Notes: generated from the letters alone by a model not told the origin. DNA of 64,000 nucleotides from Myxococcota bacterium (GCA_965223705.1 OZ245015.1:1216001-1280000); one strand, 5' to 3'; positions 9,956-19,900 are shown, numbered from the stretch's first letter. Numbers and translations are program-made.

Positions 9956-11326
9956 CTAGCCCTCGGTGACTCGCGCGATCGCGCGCGCGGTCACTTCGAC
10001 CACCCGTTCGACGAGTTCCGCCGGCATCCCGGGCGCGGGCATGAGCACCATGGTGTCTCCCAGGGGACGGATCACGACGCCGTCTTCGCGGGCTGCGAGG
10101 ACCGCGCGGTGGGCGATACGCAGATCGGGGTCGTAGCGCTCGCCAGCCTCGGGATCGCGCTGGATGTCGAACCCCACCATGAGGCCCACCTGACGAACGG
10201 GCCCGGTGTGGGCGAGCGGTTCGATGCACTCTGCGAGGGCTTTCGCCATTCGACCGGAGCTGTGGCGCGCGTTCTCGAGGGTGCCCTCGCGTTCGTACAC
10301 CTCGAGGTTGGCGAGCGCGGCGGCACAACCGAGGGGATTTCCGCCGTAGGTGTGGCCGTGGAAGAGGGCGCGATACGACGAGTAGGGGCCTTGAAACGCT
10401 TCGAAGATCTCTTCGCGAGCGAGGGTCGCGGCGACGGGCACCATGCCTCCCGTCAATCCTTTCGCCAAACACAGGATGTCGGGCGCGATGTCCGCTTGGT
10501 CGACGGCGAAGGTCGAGCCGGTTCGGCCGAAGCCCGTTGCGACTTCGTCGCATACGAGAAGGACGTCATGGGCGTCGCACAACGTCCGCACCCGCCGCAG
10601 GAACGAGGGCGGTTGCGGCCAGATACCGGCGGCGCCCTGGACCAAGGGCTCGAGAAACACCGCCGCCGTTTCGTCGGCGTGGGTTTGCAAATGACGCTCG
10701 AGGACCGCTTCGCTTCGCCGCGCCGCTTCTTCGAGTGCATCGGGGGTGATCTCGCCGAGGCCCGACAACGGCTCGCACAAGAACGGCGGCGGAATCTTTG
10801 CCACGGGAAACACGAGCGGCTCGTAACCGCGGTGGAACGGCTCGGAAAAGCCCAGGCTCACCGAGCCGATCGTGTCCCCGTGATACGCCTCGTCGAGGGT
10901 GACGAAGCCTTTTTTCTCCGGCCGACCTCGCTGAATCCAGTACTGGAACGCGATGCGGAGCGCTGCTTCGACGGCGGTGGCGCCGGCGTCGGTGAAGAAC
11001 ACGCGCGTCAGCGGTTCGGGCGTCCATCGGCAGAGAACTTCGGCGAGCTCGATCGCCGGCGCGTGCGATAAACCGAGCAACGTCGAGTGGGAGACCCGAT
11101 CGAGCTGCGCCTTCATGGCTGCGACGATGTGGGGATGGTTGTGCCCGTGAACGTTGCACCAAAGGGAGGAGACACCGTCGAGGTAGCGGCGCCCCTCGGT
11201 GTCGATGAGCTCGTAGCCGTCCGCGCGTTCGACGATCAGCGGATCGTACGAAGCCCATTCCCGATGCTGCGTAAAGGGGTGCCAGAGGTACTTGCGATCG
11301 GCTTTGACGTACTGCGCGTGTTTCAT
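9956..11326 (-). CDS. bioA: Adenosylmethionine-8-amino-7-oxononanoate transaminase
   Basis: ATG 11326 overlaps the bioF stop (ATGA); LWHPFTQ, SSLWCNVHGH, YHGDT, DEVATGFGRTG, LAKGLTGG, HGHTYGGNPL. Confidence 0.96.
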   Translation of the reverse strand: MKHAQYVKADRKYLWHPFTQHREWASYDPLIVERADGYELIDTEGRRYLDGVSSLWCNVHGHNHPHIVAAMKAQLDRVSHSTLLGLSHAPAIELAEVLCRWTPEPLTRVFFTDAGATAVEAALRIAFQYWIQRGRPEKKGFVTLDEAYHGDTIGSVSLGFSEPFHRGYEPLVFPVAKIPPPFLCEPLSGLGEITPDALEEAARRSEAVLERHLQTHADETAAVFLEPLVQGAAGIWPQPPSFLRRVRTLCDAHDVLLVCDEVATGFGRTGSTFAVDQADIAPDILCLAKGLTGGMVPVAATLAREEIFEAFQGPYSSYRALFHGHTYGGNPLGCAAALANLEVYEREGTLENARHSSGRMAKALAECIEPLAHTGPVRQVGLMVGFDIQRDPEAGERYDPDLRIAHRAVLAAREDGVVIRPLGDTMVLMPAPGMPAELVERVVEVTARAIARVTEG

Positions 11327-12510
11327 GTCGGCTCGTTGACGCACTCGGGGAGTGCCTTGACCAGGGTTTCGAGGTGATCTTCCCGGTGGCTCGCCATCAC
11401 GCTCAAGCGAAGCCGCGCGGTGCCGGGGGGCACGGTGGGTTCGCGAATCGCCGCTACGTAGAGGCCGCGTTCGAGAAGCCTTTCGGCGGCGCGCACGGCG
11501 CGGCGCGCGTCTCCCACAAGAACCGGCAGGATCTGGCTCTCGCAGTGCGGGACGTCGAGGCCTGCTGTACGGAGGGCCGTGCCCAATTTCGCCACTCTCT
11601 GCCGGAGGCCCGAAGCTCGCTCCGGTTCGCGCTGGCAAAGCGCAATGGCCGCGTCCGCGGCGGCCGCCGCGGCGGGGGGCAGGCCAGTCGTAAAGATGAA
11701 CGAGCGCGCGCGATTGATGAGAAGGTCGATGAGCTCGCGACTTCCGGCGACGTAGGCACCGAAGGAGCCGAGCGCTTTTCCGAGGGTGCCGATTTGAACA
11801 TCGACCGCGTCGGTCAAGCCGAGTTCGTGAACCAAGCCGGCGCCGGTCTTTCCGAAAACGCCGACAGCGTGCGCCTCATCCACCATGAGCCACGCGCCGT
11901 GCTTCTGACACACGGCGACCATATCGGCCAAGGGAGCGCAATCGCCGTCCATCGAGAACACAGATTCGGTGACGACCAGCAATCGCCGAGCCGCGTTCGC
12001 GTGCTGTTCAAGGAGAGATTCCAGGTGCGACACGTCGCTGTGTCGAAAGATCTCGATCTGTGCCTTCGACAGACGACAGCCGTCGATGATGCTCGCGTGG
12101 TTGAGGCTGTCGGAAAGCACCAGGTCGCCGGAGCGCACCAGGCTTCCAATGACGCCTAAGTTGGCCTGAAAGCCCGTCGAAAAGGCGAGCGCGGCGGCGG
12201 AGCCCTTCCAATCGGCGAGACGTTCTTCCAGGTTTGCGTGCGGCGTCATGTGGCCGGAGATGAGACGCGAGGACACGCTGCTCGTTCCGTAGCGCGACGT
12301 CGCGTCGAGAGCGGCTTGAACGACCTCGGGGTGATCCGCCAGTCCCAAATAGTTGTTGGAGCAGAAGAGCAGAACTTCGCGCCCGGCCAACGTGACCGAC
12401 GGGCCTTGGGCGCTTTCAATTTCTCGGAGATGGCGCCACAAGCCCCGCTCACGGGTCGCGTCGAGCTCGCTGCGAGCGGCGCTCACGAGGTCGGGTCGGA
12501 ATTCCGGCAT
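11323..12510 (-). CDS. bioF: 8-amino-7-oxononanoate synthase
   Basis: FCSNNYLGLA, NHASIIDG, ESVFSMDGD, DEAHAVG, GTLGKALG, IREPTVPPGTARLR; adjacent to bioA and bioD. Confidence 0.95.
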   Translation of the reverse strand: MPEFRPDLVSAARSELDATRERGLWRHLREIESAQGPSVTLAGREVLLFCSNNYLGLADHPEVVQAALDATSRYGTSSVSSRLISGHMTPHANLEERLADWKGSAAALAFSTGFQANLGVIGSLVRSGDLVLSDSLNHASIIDGCRLSKAQIEIFRHSDVSHLESLLEQHANAARRLLVVTESVFSMDGDCAPLADMVAVCQKHGAWLMVDEAHAVGVFGKTGAGLVHELGLTDAVDVQIGTLGKALGSFGAYVAGSRELIDLLINRARSFIFTTGLPPAAAAAADAAIALCQREPERASGLRQRVAKLGTALRTAGLDVPHCESQILPVLVGDARRAVRAAERLLERGLYVAAIREPTVPPGTARLRLSVMASHREDHLETLVKALPECVNEPT

Positions 12511-12539
12511 CTCGGCGTGGTAAGCCAGTCACGGCGCTC

Positions 12540-12571
12540 CTGTCAACTCATCGTTTGTGGCGGGTTGACAG
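12540..12571. promoter_or_regulatory. BirA-type biotin operator overlapping the bioF promoter
   Basis: Perfect inverted repeat CTGTCAAC-N16-GTTGACAG 30 nt upstream of bioF, matching the TGTnAAC-N14-16-GTTnACA BirA architecture. One arm reads TTGACA (-35) on the bioF strand. Confidence 0.82.
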
Positions 12572-12595
12572 AGGGCAGCGCCCCCGAGGGGCTGG

Positions 12596-13603
12596 CTAGC
12601 GGCGGCGAAGTACGAGCCACGCCATGCGCACGCCGAGGAGTAGTACCAGCAGGGCGGCGACGAAGAAGCCGCGCTGAATGTTCAGCAGTGTCGCGACGGC
12701 AGCGGCATTGCTCCGGGTCGGGAGTGGCGCGATTCGCGGGTGCTGCCCGCGCAGAATCGCGACGAGAATCTCGGCGACGCGCGACCACCGTGCGGCCAGC
12801 GCTACGAGCGCATCGCCTTCGTAGCTGAACACCGCGTTGCTTGTATACAGGTAGAAATAATCGACCGCGCGCGCGTAGTAGTCGATGGCGCCGGCGGCAT
12901 CCTTGAATCCGAACTGGTCCGCGTCCAGCGGCACGACTGCGATCACGTCCGCCGGGCGCTCCGACCGCAGACGCTTGTTGAATTCGGCAACCGAGAGCGG
13001 GATCCGGCTCACCGGGTCGACGACGCGGAACGCGTTGAAGACGTCGAAGAACACCCACTTCGAGAAGCGACGTGAATAGATCTCGTTGAACGCGTGGCCG
13101 GCACCGAAACCACCGAGGCCGTAGCCCCATTCGCGCACGGGAATATCCGCTGCCAGCGCGAGTCCCATGAAGGTCTGGCTGTAATCCGCGCAGTAACCGC
13201 GGCCCTCGTTTCGGATTTCGTCCAGCGCCCTCACGGTGTCGGCGCGGATTGGGCTTCCCACGCGCGGGTTGTCGCCGAGCGCGACACCGAGCCGAAGGGC
13301 CTTCTCGAGCGGGGTGATGTGCGGGCCGTCGTCACCGACCATCGCGTCTGCGGCCGAGCGCAGCGCCGGCGGCGCCAACTGGGTTTCTCGTGTGAAGGCG
13401 GGTGGGCCTTGGCCCGGAACCCAGTCGAAACGCTCGATTGACGCAGTGTTCAGGGAAAGGCTGTTACGGGCCAGGGTGCCGTAGCGATCGGAAGTGCCGA
13501 ACGCGATGACACCGACGGTGACGATCATCGCGAGTGGGGCATCAACCCATAGTTCTCTCGGTATCACGCCGCACCAGAAGGCCCCCCGAGTACTCGCCGG
13601 CAT
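12596..13603 (-). CDS. Membrane-anchored transglutaminase-like domain protein
   Basis: Cys-His-Asp order GYCADYS...GHAFNE...WVFFD, with hydrophobic segments at both ends. Start uncertain; GTG 13567 is possible. Confidence 0.72.
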   Translation of the reverse strand: MPASTRGAFWCGVIPRELWVDAPLAMIVTVGVIAFGTSDRYGTLARNSLSLNTASIERFDWVPGQGPPAFTRETQLAPPALRSAADAMVGDDGPHITPLEKALRLGVALGDNPRVGSPIRADTVRALDEIRNEGRGYCADYSQTFMGLALAADIPVREWGYGLGGFGAGHAFNEIYSRRFSKWVFFDVFNAFRVVDPVSRIPLSVAEFNKRLRSERPADVIAVVPLDADQFGFKDAAGAIDYYARAVDYFYLYTSNAVFSYEGDALVALAARWSRVAEILVAILRGQHPRIAPLPTRSNAAAVATLLNIQRGFFVAALLVLLLGVRMAWLVLRRR

Positions 13604-13700
13604 CCAGTATATCCGAGCCGTCTGTTCGGAGTTCGATCAAAGCGAGCGTGCGACCTCGATCGCTCCGGAACCCCCCTAGGGGCGTGTTAGACTTTTCTCC

Positions 13701-14867
13701 ATGGACTTCAGACTCGACTCCGAACTCGAAAGCATTCAGCACGAGGCTCGTCGCCTCGCGCACAAGTTCGACGACGACTACTGGCGCGATCACGACGAGA
13801 AACACGAATTCCCCTGGGAGTTCTACAACGCGTTCGCCGAGCAGGGCTGGATCGGAATCTTGGTGCCGGAGGAATACGGCGGCGGCGGCCTCGGCGTGAG
13901 CCACGCGGCGGTTTTGCTGAATGCCGTCGCGCACAGTGCCGGCGTGCAGAATGCCGCGTCGGCGCTGCATCTATCGATCTTCGGCATGGGGCCGGTCATC
14001 CATCACGGCTCCGACGAGCTCAAGCAGCGGACGTTGCCTCCGACCGCGACTGGCGAGCTTCACGTTTCCTTCGGTGTGACGGAAGACGATGCCGGAACCG
14101 ACACGTCGAGGATCCGAACGTTCGCGAAGCGCGACGGCAACCGCTGGATCGTGAACGGGAAAAAGATCTGGAACACGAAGGCTCAGCAGGCCCAGAAAGT
14201 GCTGTTGCTCACGCGGACGACGCCGCGTGAAGAATGCGCGAAGCCCCTTCAAGGCATGACGCTCTTCCTGGCGAATCTCGACCCGAACCACTGCGAGATC
14301 CGACCGATCGACAAGTGCGGTCGCAACGCCGTGAATTCGAATGAGCTCTTCATCCACGACCTTCCCGTCGAAGACGCCGACGTCGTCGGAGAAGTCGGTC
14401 GCGGCTTCTACTACCTCCTCGATGGTCTCAACCCGGAGCGGATCGTGATCGCGTCGGAATGTTGCGGTATCGGTCGTCAGGCGATCGACAAGGCCGTTCA
14501 CTACGCCAAAGAGCGAGAAGTGTTCGATCGACCCATCGGGATGAACCAGGCCATCGCCCACCCACTGGCGGACGCGTACTCCGAACTCGAGGCGGCGGAT
14601 CTCCTCTGGCAGAAGGCCGCTTGGGCCTACGACAACGGCGAACCCTGCGGTCCGCTCGCCAACATGGCGAAGCTCCGCGCGAGTGAGGCTTCGTTCAAGG
14701 CCTGCGATCGCGCAGTCCAGACGTTCGGCGGCATGGGCTACGCGAGAGAGTGCAATGTCGAGCGCTACTGGCGGGAGTCGCGGATGTCGCGCATTGCGCC
14801 GATCTCGAACGAGATGGTTCTGAACTTCGTCTCGGAGCACGTGCTCGGGCTACCCCGAAGCTACTGA
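13701..14867 (+). CDS. Acyl-CoA dehydrogenase
   Basis: PEEYGGGG, FGVTEDDAGTD, NGKKIW, LNPERI, REVFDRPIG, QTFGGMGY. Confidence 0.93.
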   Translation: MDFRLDSELESIQHEARRLAHKFDDDYWRDHDEKHEFPWEFYNAFAEQGWIGILVPEEYGGGGLGVSHAAVLLNAVAHSAGVQNAASALHLSIFGMGPVIHHGSDELKQRTLPPTATGELHVSFGVTEDDAGTDTSRIRTFAKRDGNRWIVNGKKIWNTKAQQAQKVLLLTRTTPREECAKPLQGMTLFLANLDPNHCEIRPIDKCGRNAVNSNELFIHDLPVEDADVVGEVGRGFYYLLDGLNPERIVIASECCGIGRQAIDKAVHYAKEREVFDRPIGMNQAIAHPLADAYSELEAADLLWQKAAWAYDNGEPCGPLANMAKLRASEASFKACDRAVQTFGGMGYARECNVERYWRESRMSRIAPISNEMVLNFVSEHVLGLPRSY

Positions 14868-15607
14868 GCGGCGCGCTTCCTCCGGGAAGCGACCGAACGC
14901 GGGCGCGCCGCTGCGGCGAGTTCGACGAAACGCGCCGCGAACTTCGGCCCGGCGCCCGCGTCCTCGTGTTTGAAGAACACGAACGTCTCGGCGACTTCCG
15001 ACCGACGGATCCGCTTCACCCAGTCGCGAAGCTCGCCCGCCTCGTATCCGGAGCGACGCAGGCGTAGGTAGCTCCAATCGGCCGTAGGCTCGAACGTCAC
15101 GGCCGGCTCCTCCTCGGCGTCGACCGCGACCCGGGCAAAGTTCCGGGCGCGAAGGCGTTCGTCGACGGCGGTGTCGCGCCACGACGGGTGCCGGAACTCG
15201 AAGGCGCAGCGGGCCGTTTCCGGCAGAGCGTCGATAAAGCGATCCAAACGCTCGAGATCGAGCTTCAGGTTGGGCGGGAGTTGGAACAACACGCAACCCA
15301 AGCGCTCGCCCAGTGCCGCGAGGTTGCCGAGGAGAAACTCGAGCTCGTCGCTCGTGTCCTTGAGCCTTTTGTGGTGCGTGATCCTCCGCGATGCCTTCAC
15401 CGCAAAGCGGAACGTTTCGGGAACCTGCTCCGCCCAACCCGCTAGGACCTCGCGCTTCGGCATGCGATAGAAGGTGTTGTTGACCTCGACCGAATCGAGC
15501 CGCGCCGCGTAGTAGGCGAGCATTTCCCTCGCCGGAAGCTTCTCGGGGTAGAAGGGACCCTTCCATTCCTTGTAGCTGTAGCCGCTGGTACCGACGTGGA
15601 GATCCAT
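14861..15607 (-). CDS. DUF72 (YecE-like) domain protein
   Basis: VGTSGYSYKEWKGPFYP, SVEVNNTFYRMP, FAVKASRRITH, LFQLPP, FEFRHPSW, YLRLR, FVFFKHE. Start 15607 is supported by TAGAAT 7 nt upstream. Confidence 0.9.
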   Translation of the reverse strand: MDLHVGTSGYSYKEWKGPFYPEKLPAREMLAYYAARLDSVEVNNTFYRMPKREVLAGWAEQVPETFRFAVKASRRITHHKRLKDTSDELEFLLGNLAALGERLGCVLFQLPPNLKLDLERLDRFIDALPETARCAFEFRHPSWRDTAVDERLRARNFARVAVDAEEEPAVTFEPTADWSYLRLRRSGYEAGELRDWVKRIRRSEVAETFVFFKHEDAGAGPKFAARFVELAAAARPRSVASRRKRAAQ

Positions 15608-15624
15608 CGCTCGCATTCTACCGG

Positions 15625-16392
15625 TCAACGCATCGTCGTGTAACCGCCGTCGACGGCGAGTGTCTGGCCCGTGACCATTCGTGCGGCGTCACCGGCGAGG
15701 TAGATCACCGCCGCCGCCATTTCGTAGGGCTCCGCGAGACGGCCCATCGGGACTTTCTCGAGATGGCGCGCGAAGTCCGGGTTCTTGACGGCCTCTTCGA
15801 GGAGCGGCGTCCGCGTAAAGGTGGGAGCGACACAATTGACGGTGATTTGGTGGGTCGCCCACTCGCCGGCGAGAGACCGCGTCATTTGGTGGACCGCACC
15901 TTTCGCGGCGCCGTAAGGCACGCGCTGCGGCGCGCCGATAATGCCCGCCTGGGACGTGATCGAAATGACGCTTCCGGGAATGCCCGCCTCGATCATGCGT
16001 CTGCCGTTCGCGAGGGTCATGCGCAGGGTGCCCTTGAAGTTCACGTCGATGATTTCGTCGAGTTCGTTGTCGTCGTACGCGATGGCGTCTTTGGGCGTAT
16101 TGATGCCGGCGTTGTTGACGAGCACGTCCACGCGGCCGAACGCGCTCCACGCGCTTTCCGTAAAGGACGCGATACTCGCCGCGTCTCCGATATCGAGTCG
16201 AAACGCCTCGGCCCGGACACCCGCTTCCCGGCAGCTCTTCGCGACGGCTTCGCATTCGGAGACGTTCCGGCTCCCCAGAACGACGTCGCCTCCAAAAGCC
16301 GCCACTTCTGTGGCGATGGACTTACCGATTCCCCGGCCGGCACCGGTGACGATGACGGTCTTTCCCGAGAGATCAAAGCGCACTTGATTCAA
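15625..16392 (-). CDS. SDR family oxidoreductase
   Basis: TGAGRGIG, NNAG, YGAAK, VTGQTLAVDGG; the TTG start overlaps the ligD stop. Confidence 0.9.
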   Translation of the reverse strand: MNQVRFDLSGKTVIVTGAGRGIGKSIATEVAAFGGDVVLGSRNVSECEAVAKSCREAGVRAEAFRLDIGDAASIASFTESAWSAFGRVDVLVNNAGINTPKDAIAYDDNELDEIIDVNFKGTLRMTLANGRRMIEAGIPGSVISITSQAGIIGAPQRVPYGAAKGAVHQMTRSLAGEWATHQITVNCVAPTFTRTPLLEEAVKNPDFARHLEKVPMGRLAEPYEMAAAVIYLAGDAARMVTGQTLAVDGGYTTMR

Positions 16393-18929
16393 TTCGTTGC
16401 TCCTTCGGCTGAGACACCTTCGAGGTGTTCGACGAGCGACTGAAGTAGGCGCCCGAGATCGAGCGACGCCGACAACAGATCCTGCATCGGGTCGCCGCGC
16501 TGCGCCATTTGGCGGGGCGTGCGGACCACGTTCCAGCGGTTCGGATCGAGACGGCGCGTGACCTGCCCCCAGGTGAGCGGCGTCGAAACCGGCGCACCGG
16601 GGAGCGGCCGAACGGAGAACGGCGCGGCGATGAGCTTACCGCGGCCGTTTTGCAGGTAGTCGACGTAGACCTTGTCCCCGCGCGCCGCCACGGGTCGCGT
16701 CACCGTCGCGATCTCCGGAAGCTCCGCGCACAACACCCGCGCGAGAATTTCGGCGAGGTGCTTCGCTTCTTCGTGACCGATCGCTTCCGCTCCAGCCAGC
16801 GGAACGAGGATGTGGAGGCCCGCCTGGCCGGAAGTTTTCACGAAGTGGGGTGTCGCGAGTTCGGTCAGCAAGCGGTGTGCGACACGAGCGATCTCGACCA
16901 CGTGACGAAACGGCGCCTCCTTCGGATCGAGATCGAGGATCAACCAGTCGGGGCGGTCGAGCCGCCCGCGGCGGGCGGTCCAGACGTGGAGCGGGATCGC
17001 GCCGGAGTTGATGACATAGAGCAGGGTGCGAAGATCGTTGCAAATGAAGTAGTCGGTGTCGTCGATAGGTTCTCGCGTCACCCACGGCGGAGTAAACTCC
17101 GGCGCATTCTTTTGATAGAAGTGCTTGCCGTCGATGCCGTCCGGGTAGCGGGTGAGAACCACCGGTCGGTCGCGCAAGTATGGGGCGAGCCAGGGCCAGA
17201 TCGTTTCGTAGTAGCGAAGGAGATCGCCCTTCGTGTACCCGTCGACTGGCCAAAACACTTTATCGAGTCGCGTGAGGTTGGGCTCCGCGGGTTCTGACTT
17301 CGCAATCGGAGAAGCATTGCGATCGGCGGCGCGGGTTTCCGGGGCCGCGCACGTCTCCGGCGCAACGTCGTCGCGCCACTCGAGGAACACCGGGTGGCGC
17401 ATGACGCCGGCGTTCGTGAGCTCCGTATAGCGGCCTTCGCAGACCAGAAGTGGCTCGAGGAGCCGCGTGCCGCGCGGCAGGGGCGCAGGGAGCCCCTGCA
17501 CCGTCGAAGTGTCTCGCTCGTGATCCGCTGCGAACGACAAGGCGCGGGAAACGGAATCTTCGCTGAGTCCCGATCCCAAGTTCCCGGCATACGTGAGCAC
17601 GCCGTCGCGGTACCAGCCGCACATGAGGGAGCCGAGTGCCTTGCGCGAGCCTTTGCCGGGCGAAATGCCGACGACCACGAGATTCGCGGTGCGCGGGATC
17701 TTGAGTTTTTGCCAATCGGGGGATCGTTGACCGGATCGATACGGAGAATCCATCCGCTTCGCGACGACGCCTTCGAGGCCAAAGTCTCGTGCGGCTTCGT
17801 ACAGGCGTTCGCCATCGACTTCGACGTGATCGGCGAAGCGCACAACGCCGCGCTGGGGGCAGAACTCGGCGAGGATTTCCTTTCGCTTGACGAGCGGCAA
17901 CCCGCGCAGATCCCGACCGAGGACAGACAGAGCGTCGAATGCCACGAACGTCACCGGGAGCTCTGCCGCAGCAGCCGCGACTCCATCGGGGTCGGTCTGC
18001 GTAAAACGCCGCTGGATTTTTTCGAATGAGCTGCGCCCCGAGTTGTCAAACACCGCGATCTCACCGTCGATGGCGAACTCGTCGATGGGTACGTGGCGAA
18101 GCGCATTCACGAGCTCGGGATAGAGCGCCGCGCGATCGGCGCCGCTCCGCACGCGGAGCGTGACGTCATCGCCCCGTCGGATGGCGACCGCGCGCACCCC
18201 ATCGACCTTGAGCTCGAACAACCAACCCGCCCGCGAAAAGGGGCCGTCTCCTCGTGCTGCCAACATGGGCGCGTAGTCGTCACCACCGAGCTCTCGATTG
18301 CGAACGCCTCGCTTCGGTAGAGCCGCTTCGACTTCGTCTTTTCGCGTGACGCCCTGCGCGACTTCCTCGACGCGCAGCCCGCTGAAGACCGACTCCGGTG
18401 CCCGCATGGCTTCCGCAGCGGACGCGTCGAGCGCGCGGCCCTTTCGGAAAAGGAGCCAGTCGCGACCTTCACCGCGCTTCGTCTGCACCAGAGCGAAACG
18501 CCCGCGCAGTTTGTGTCCGTCGATTTCGAGGTCGAGCTTTCCGGCATCGAGAGCAGCGGCGGGACTCCGCCCGTCGACGCTTCGATAGACGCCGCAGTCC
18601 CAGACGATCATCGCCCCGGCGCCGTAGTTTCCTTCGGGGATGACGCCCTCGAAAGCCGCGTATTCGATCGGGTGGTCTTCGGTCCGAACGGCGAGACGCT
18701 TTTCCTCGGGATCGATGCTGGGTCCTTTGGGCACCGCCCAGCTGACCAGAACGTCACCGATTTCGAGACGTAAATCCCAGTGGAGCTGTCTGGCCGCATG
18801 TTGCTGTACGACAAACCGATAAGAAGCGTCGGGGGCGCGCCGCAGGGGAGGGCGCTCCTCGCCGAACGGTTCGGGAGTGCGTGTGGCGTCGCGCTTCGCG
18901 CGATATGCACGGAGATCTCGCGGGCTCAA
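16389..18929 (-). CDS. ligD: NHEJ DNA ligase D (phosphoesterase-ligase-polymerase domain order)
   Basis: PE: YRAKRD..RTPEP, FVVQQHAARQLHWDLRLE, SWAVPKGP, EDHPIEY. LIG: ELKVDG, EGVVAKR..SPY, WQKLK. POL: TRYPDG, FYQKN, DLDP, KTSG..GLH, YVDYLQN. Confidence 0.96.
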   Translation of the reverse strand: MSPRDLRAYRAKRDATRTPEPFGEERPPLRRAPDASYRFVVQQHAARQLHWDLRLEIGDVLVSWAVPKGPSIDPEEKRLAVRTEDHPIEYAAFEGVIPEGNYGAGAMIVWDCGVYRSVDGRSPAAALDAGKLDLEIDGHKLRGRFALVQTKRGEGRDWLLFRKGRALDASAAEAMRAPESVFSGLRVEEVAQGVTRKDEVEAALPKRGVRNRELGGDDYAPMLAARGDGPFSRAGWLFELKVDGVRAVAIRRGDDVTLRVRSGADRAALYPELVNALRHVPIDEFAIDGEIAVFDNSGRSSFEKIQRRFTQTDPDGVAAAAAELPVTFVAFDALSVLGRDLRGLPLVKRKEILAEFCPQRGVVRFADHVEVDGERLYEAARDFGLEGVVAKRMDSPYRSGQRSPDWQKLKIPRTANLVVVGISPGKGSRKALGSLMCGWYRDGVLTYAGNLGSGLSEDSVSRALSFAADHERDTSTVQGLPAPLPRGTRLLEPLLVCEGRYTELTNAGVMRHPVFLEWRDDVAPETCAAPETRAADRNASPIAKSEPAEPNLTRLDKVFWPVDGYTKGDLLRYYETIWPWLAPYLRDRPVVLTRYPDGIDGKHFYQKNAPEFTPPWVTREPIDDTDYFICNDLRTLLYVINSGAIPLHVWTARRGRLDRPDWLILDLDPKEAPFRHVVEIARVAHRLLTELATPHFVKTSGQAGLHILVPLAGAEAIGHEEAKHLAEILARVLCAELPEIATVTRPVAARGDKVYVDYLQNGRGKLIAAPFSVRPLPGAPVSTPLTWGQVTRRLDPNRWNVVRTPRQMAQRGDPMQDLLSASLDLGRLLQSLVEHLEGVSAEGATN

Positions 18930-18993
18930 CGGGCCCTATGTTAGGTTCACCGGCCCGCTTCCCGCGAACTTGCCCCTCCCCGAGGTACCCCGA

Positions 18994-19878
18994 ATGGCAG
19001 CTCGAGCGACGGCCTCCGGAACGATCAGCTTCGGCTTGGTTTCGATCCCCGTAAAGCTCTACACGGCGGCGAGCTCCAAAGCCGTGCGCTTCAACATGCT
19101 CGATCCCTCCGACCATTCGCGGGTGAAGCAGCAGTACGTAAACGCCACGAGCGGGGAAGTGGTCGAACGGACCGCCCTGGTCAAAGGCTACGAGTACGCC
19201 CGCGGCCAATACGTCGTGATGTCGGAAGAGGAGTTGAAAGAGCTCGAAGCGAAGAGCGATCGGTCGATCGAGATCGAAGCGTTCGTCCCGATCGAGAGCG
19301 TCGACCCGGTCTACTTCGAGAAGTCGAACTTGCTCGGTCCGGACAAGGGCGGCCAAAAGGCGTACCGACTGCTCAATCAGGCGATGAACAAGATGGGCGT
19401 CGTGGCGGTGGGGCGCTTTGCGACGCGCGGTCGGCGACAGCTCGTGTTGATCCGGCCGCTCGGCGAGGGCCTGGTGCTCCAGGGTTTGTACTACGCCGAC
19501 GAAGTGCGTCGCTTCGACGATATCGAATTCGGCGACGCCGTTGAGATCAAGAAGACAGAGCTCGACCTCGCCGAACAGCTCGTTGAACAACTCACGCAGA
19601 AGAGTTTCCGAGCCGACGCGTACGAAGACGACTACCGCAAGGCCGTGCTCGACGCCGTCGATCGGAAAGTCGCCGGGGAAGAGTTCGTGGTCGTCCGCGA
19701 AGAAGAAGAACGCGAGCAGATCATCGATCTCGTCGCCGCGCTCAAAAAGAGTATCGAAGAGCGAGGCGACGGGGGCACAGCCACTTCCGCGACCGGTCGA
19801 CCGCGGAAGGCGGCGAAGTCAAAAGGCAAGTCCACGAAGAAAACGGCGAAGGCGAGTCGCAAGCGCGCTGCAAAGTAA
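18994..19878 (+). CDS. ku: Non-homologous end joining protein Ku
   Basis: ATG 18994; GTISFGLVSIPVKLY, LVKGYEY, YYADEVR, IDLVAALKKS, Lys/Ala-rich basic C-terminal tail. Confidence 0.96.
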   Translation: MAARATASGTISFGLVSIPVKLYTAASSKAVRFNMLDPSDHSRVKQQYVNATSGEVVERTALVKGYEYARGQYVVMSEEELKELEAKSDRSIEIEAFVPIESVDPVYFEKSNLLGPDKGGQKAYRLLNQAMNKMGVVAVGRFATRGRRQLVLIRPLGEGLVLQGLYYADEVRRFDDIEFGDAVEIKKTELDLAEQLVEQLTQKSFRADAYEDDYRKAVLDAVDRKVAGEEFVVVREEEEREQIIDLVAALKKSIEERGDGGTATSATGRPRKAAKSKGKSTKKTAKASRKRAAK

Positions 19879-19900
19879 ATCGGCGCGCTAGACTCGCCGC

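Noticed and set aside
9954..10553. Apparent N-terminal extensions or fusions in the ORF track (bioD, bioA, DUF35, ACAD 44928-46841, LLM 47263-49101, AT 58617-60209)
   Set aside because: The extensions overlap the upstream gene in another frame; true starts fall at stop/start overlaps or just after the upstream stop.
18930..18993. LexA/SOS box in the ligD-ku intergenic region
   Set aside because: No convincing palindrome or known LexA consensus was seen.
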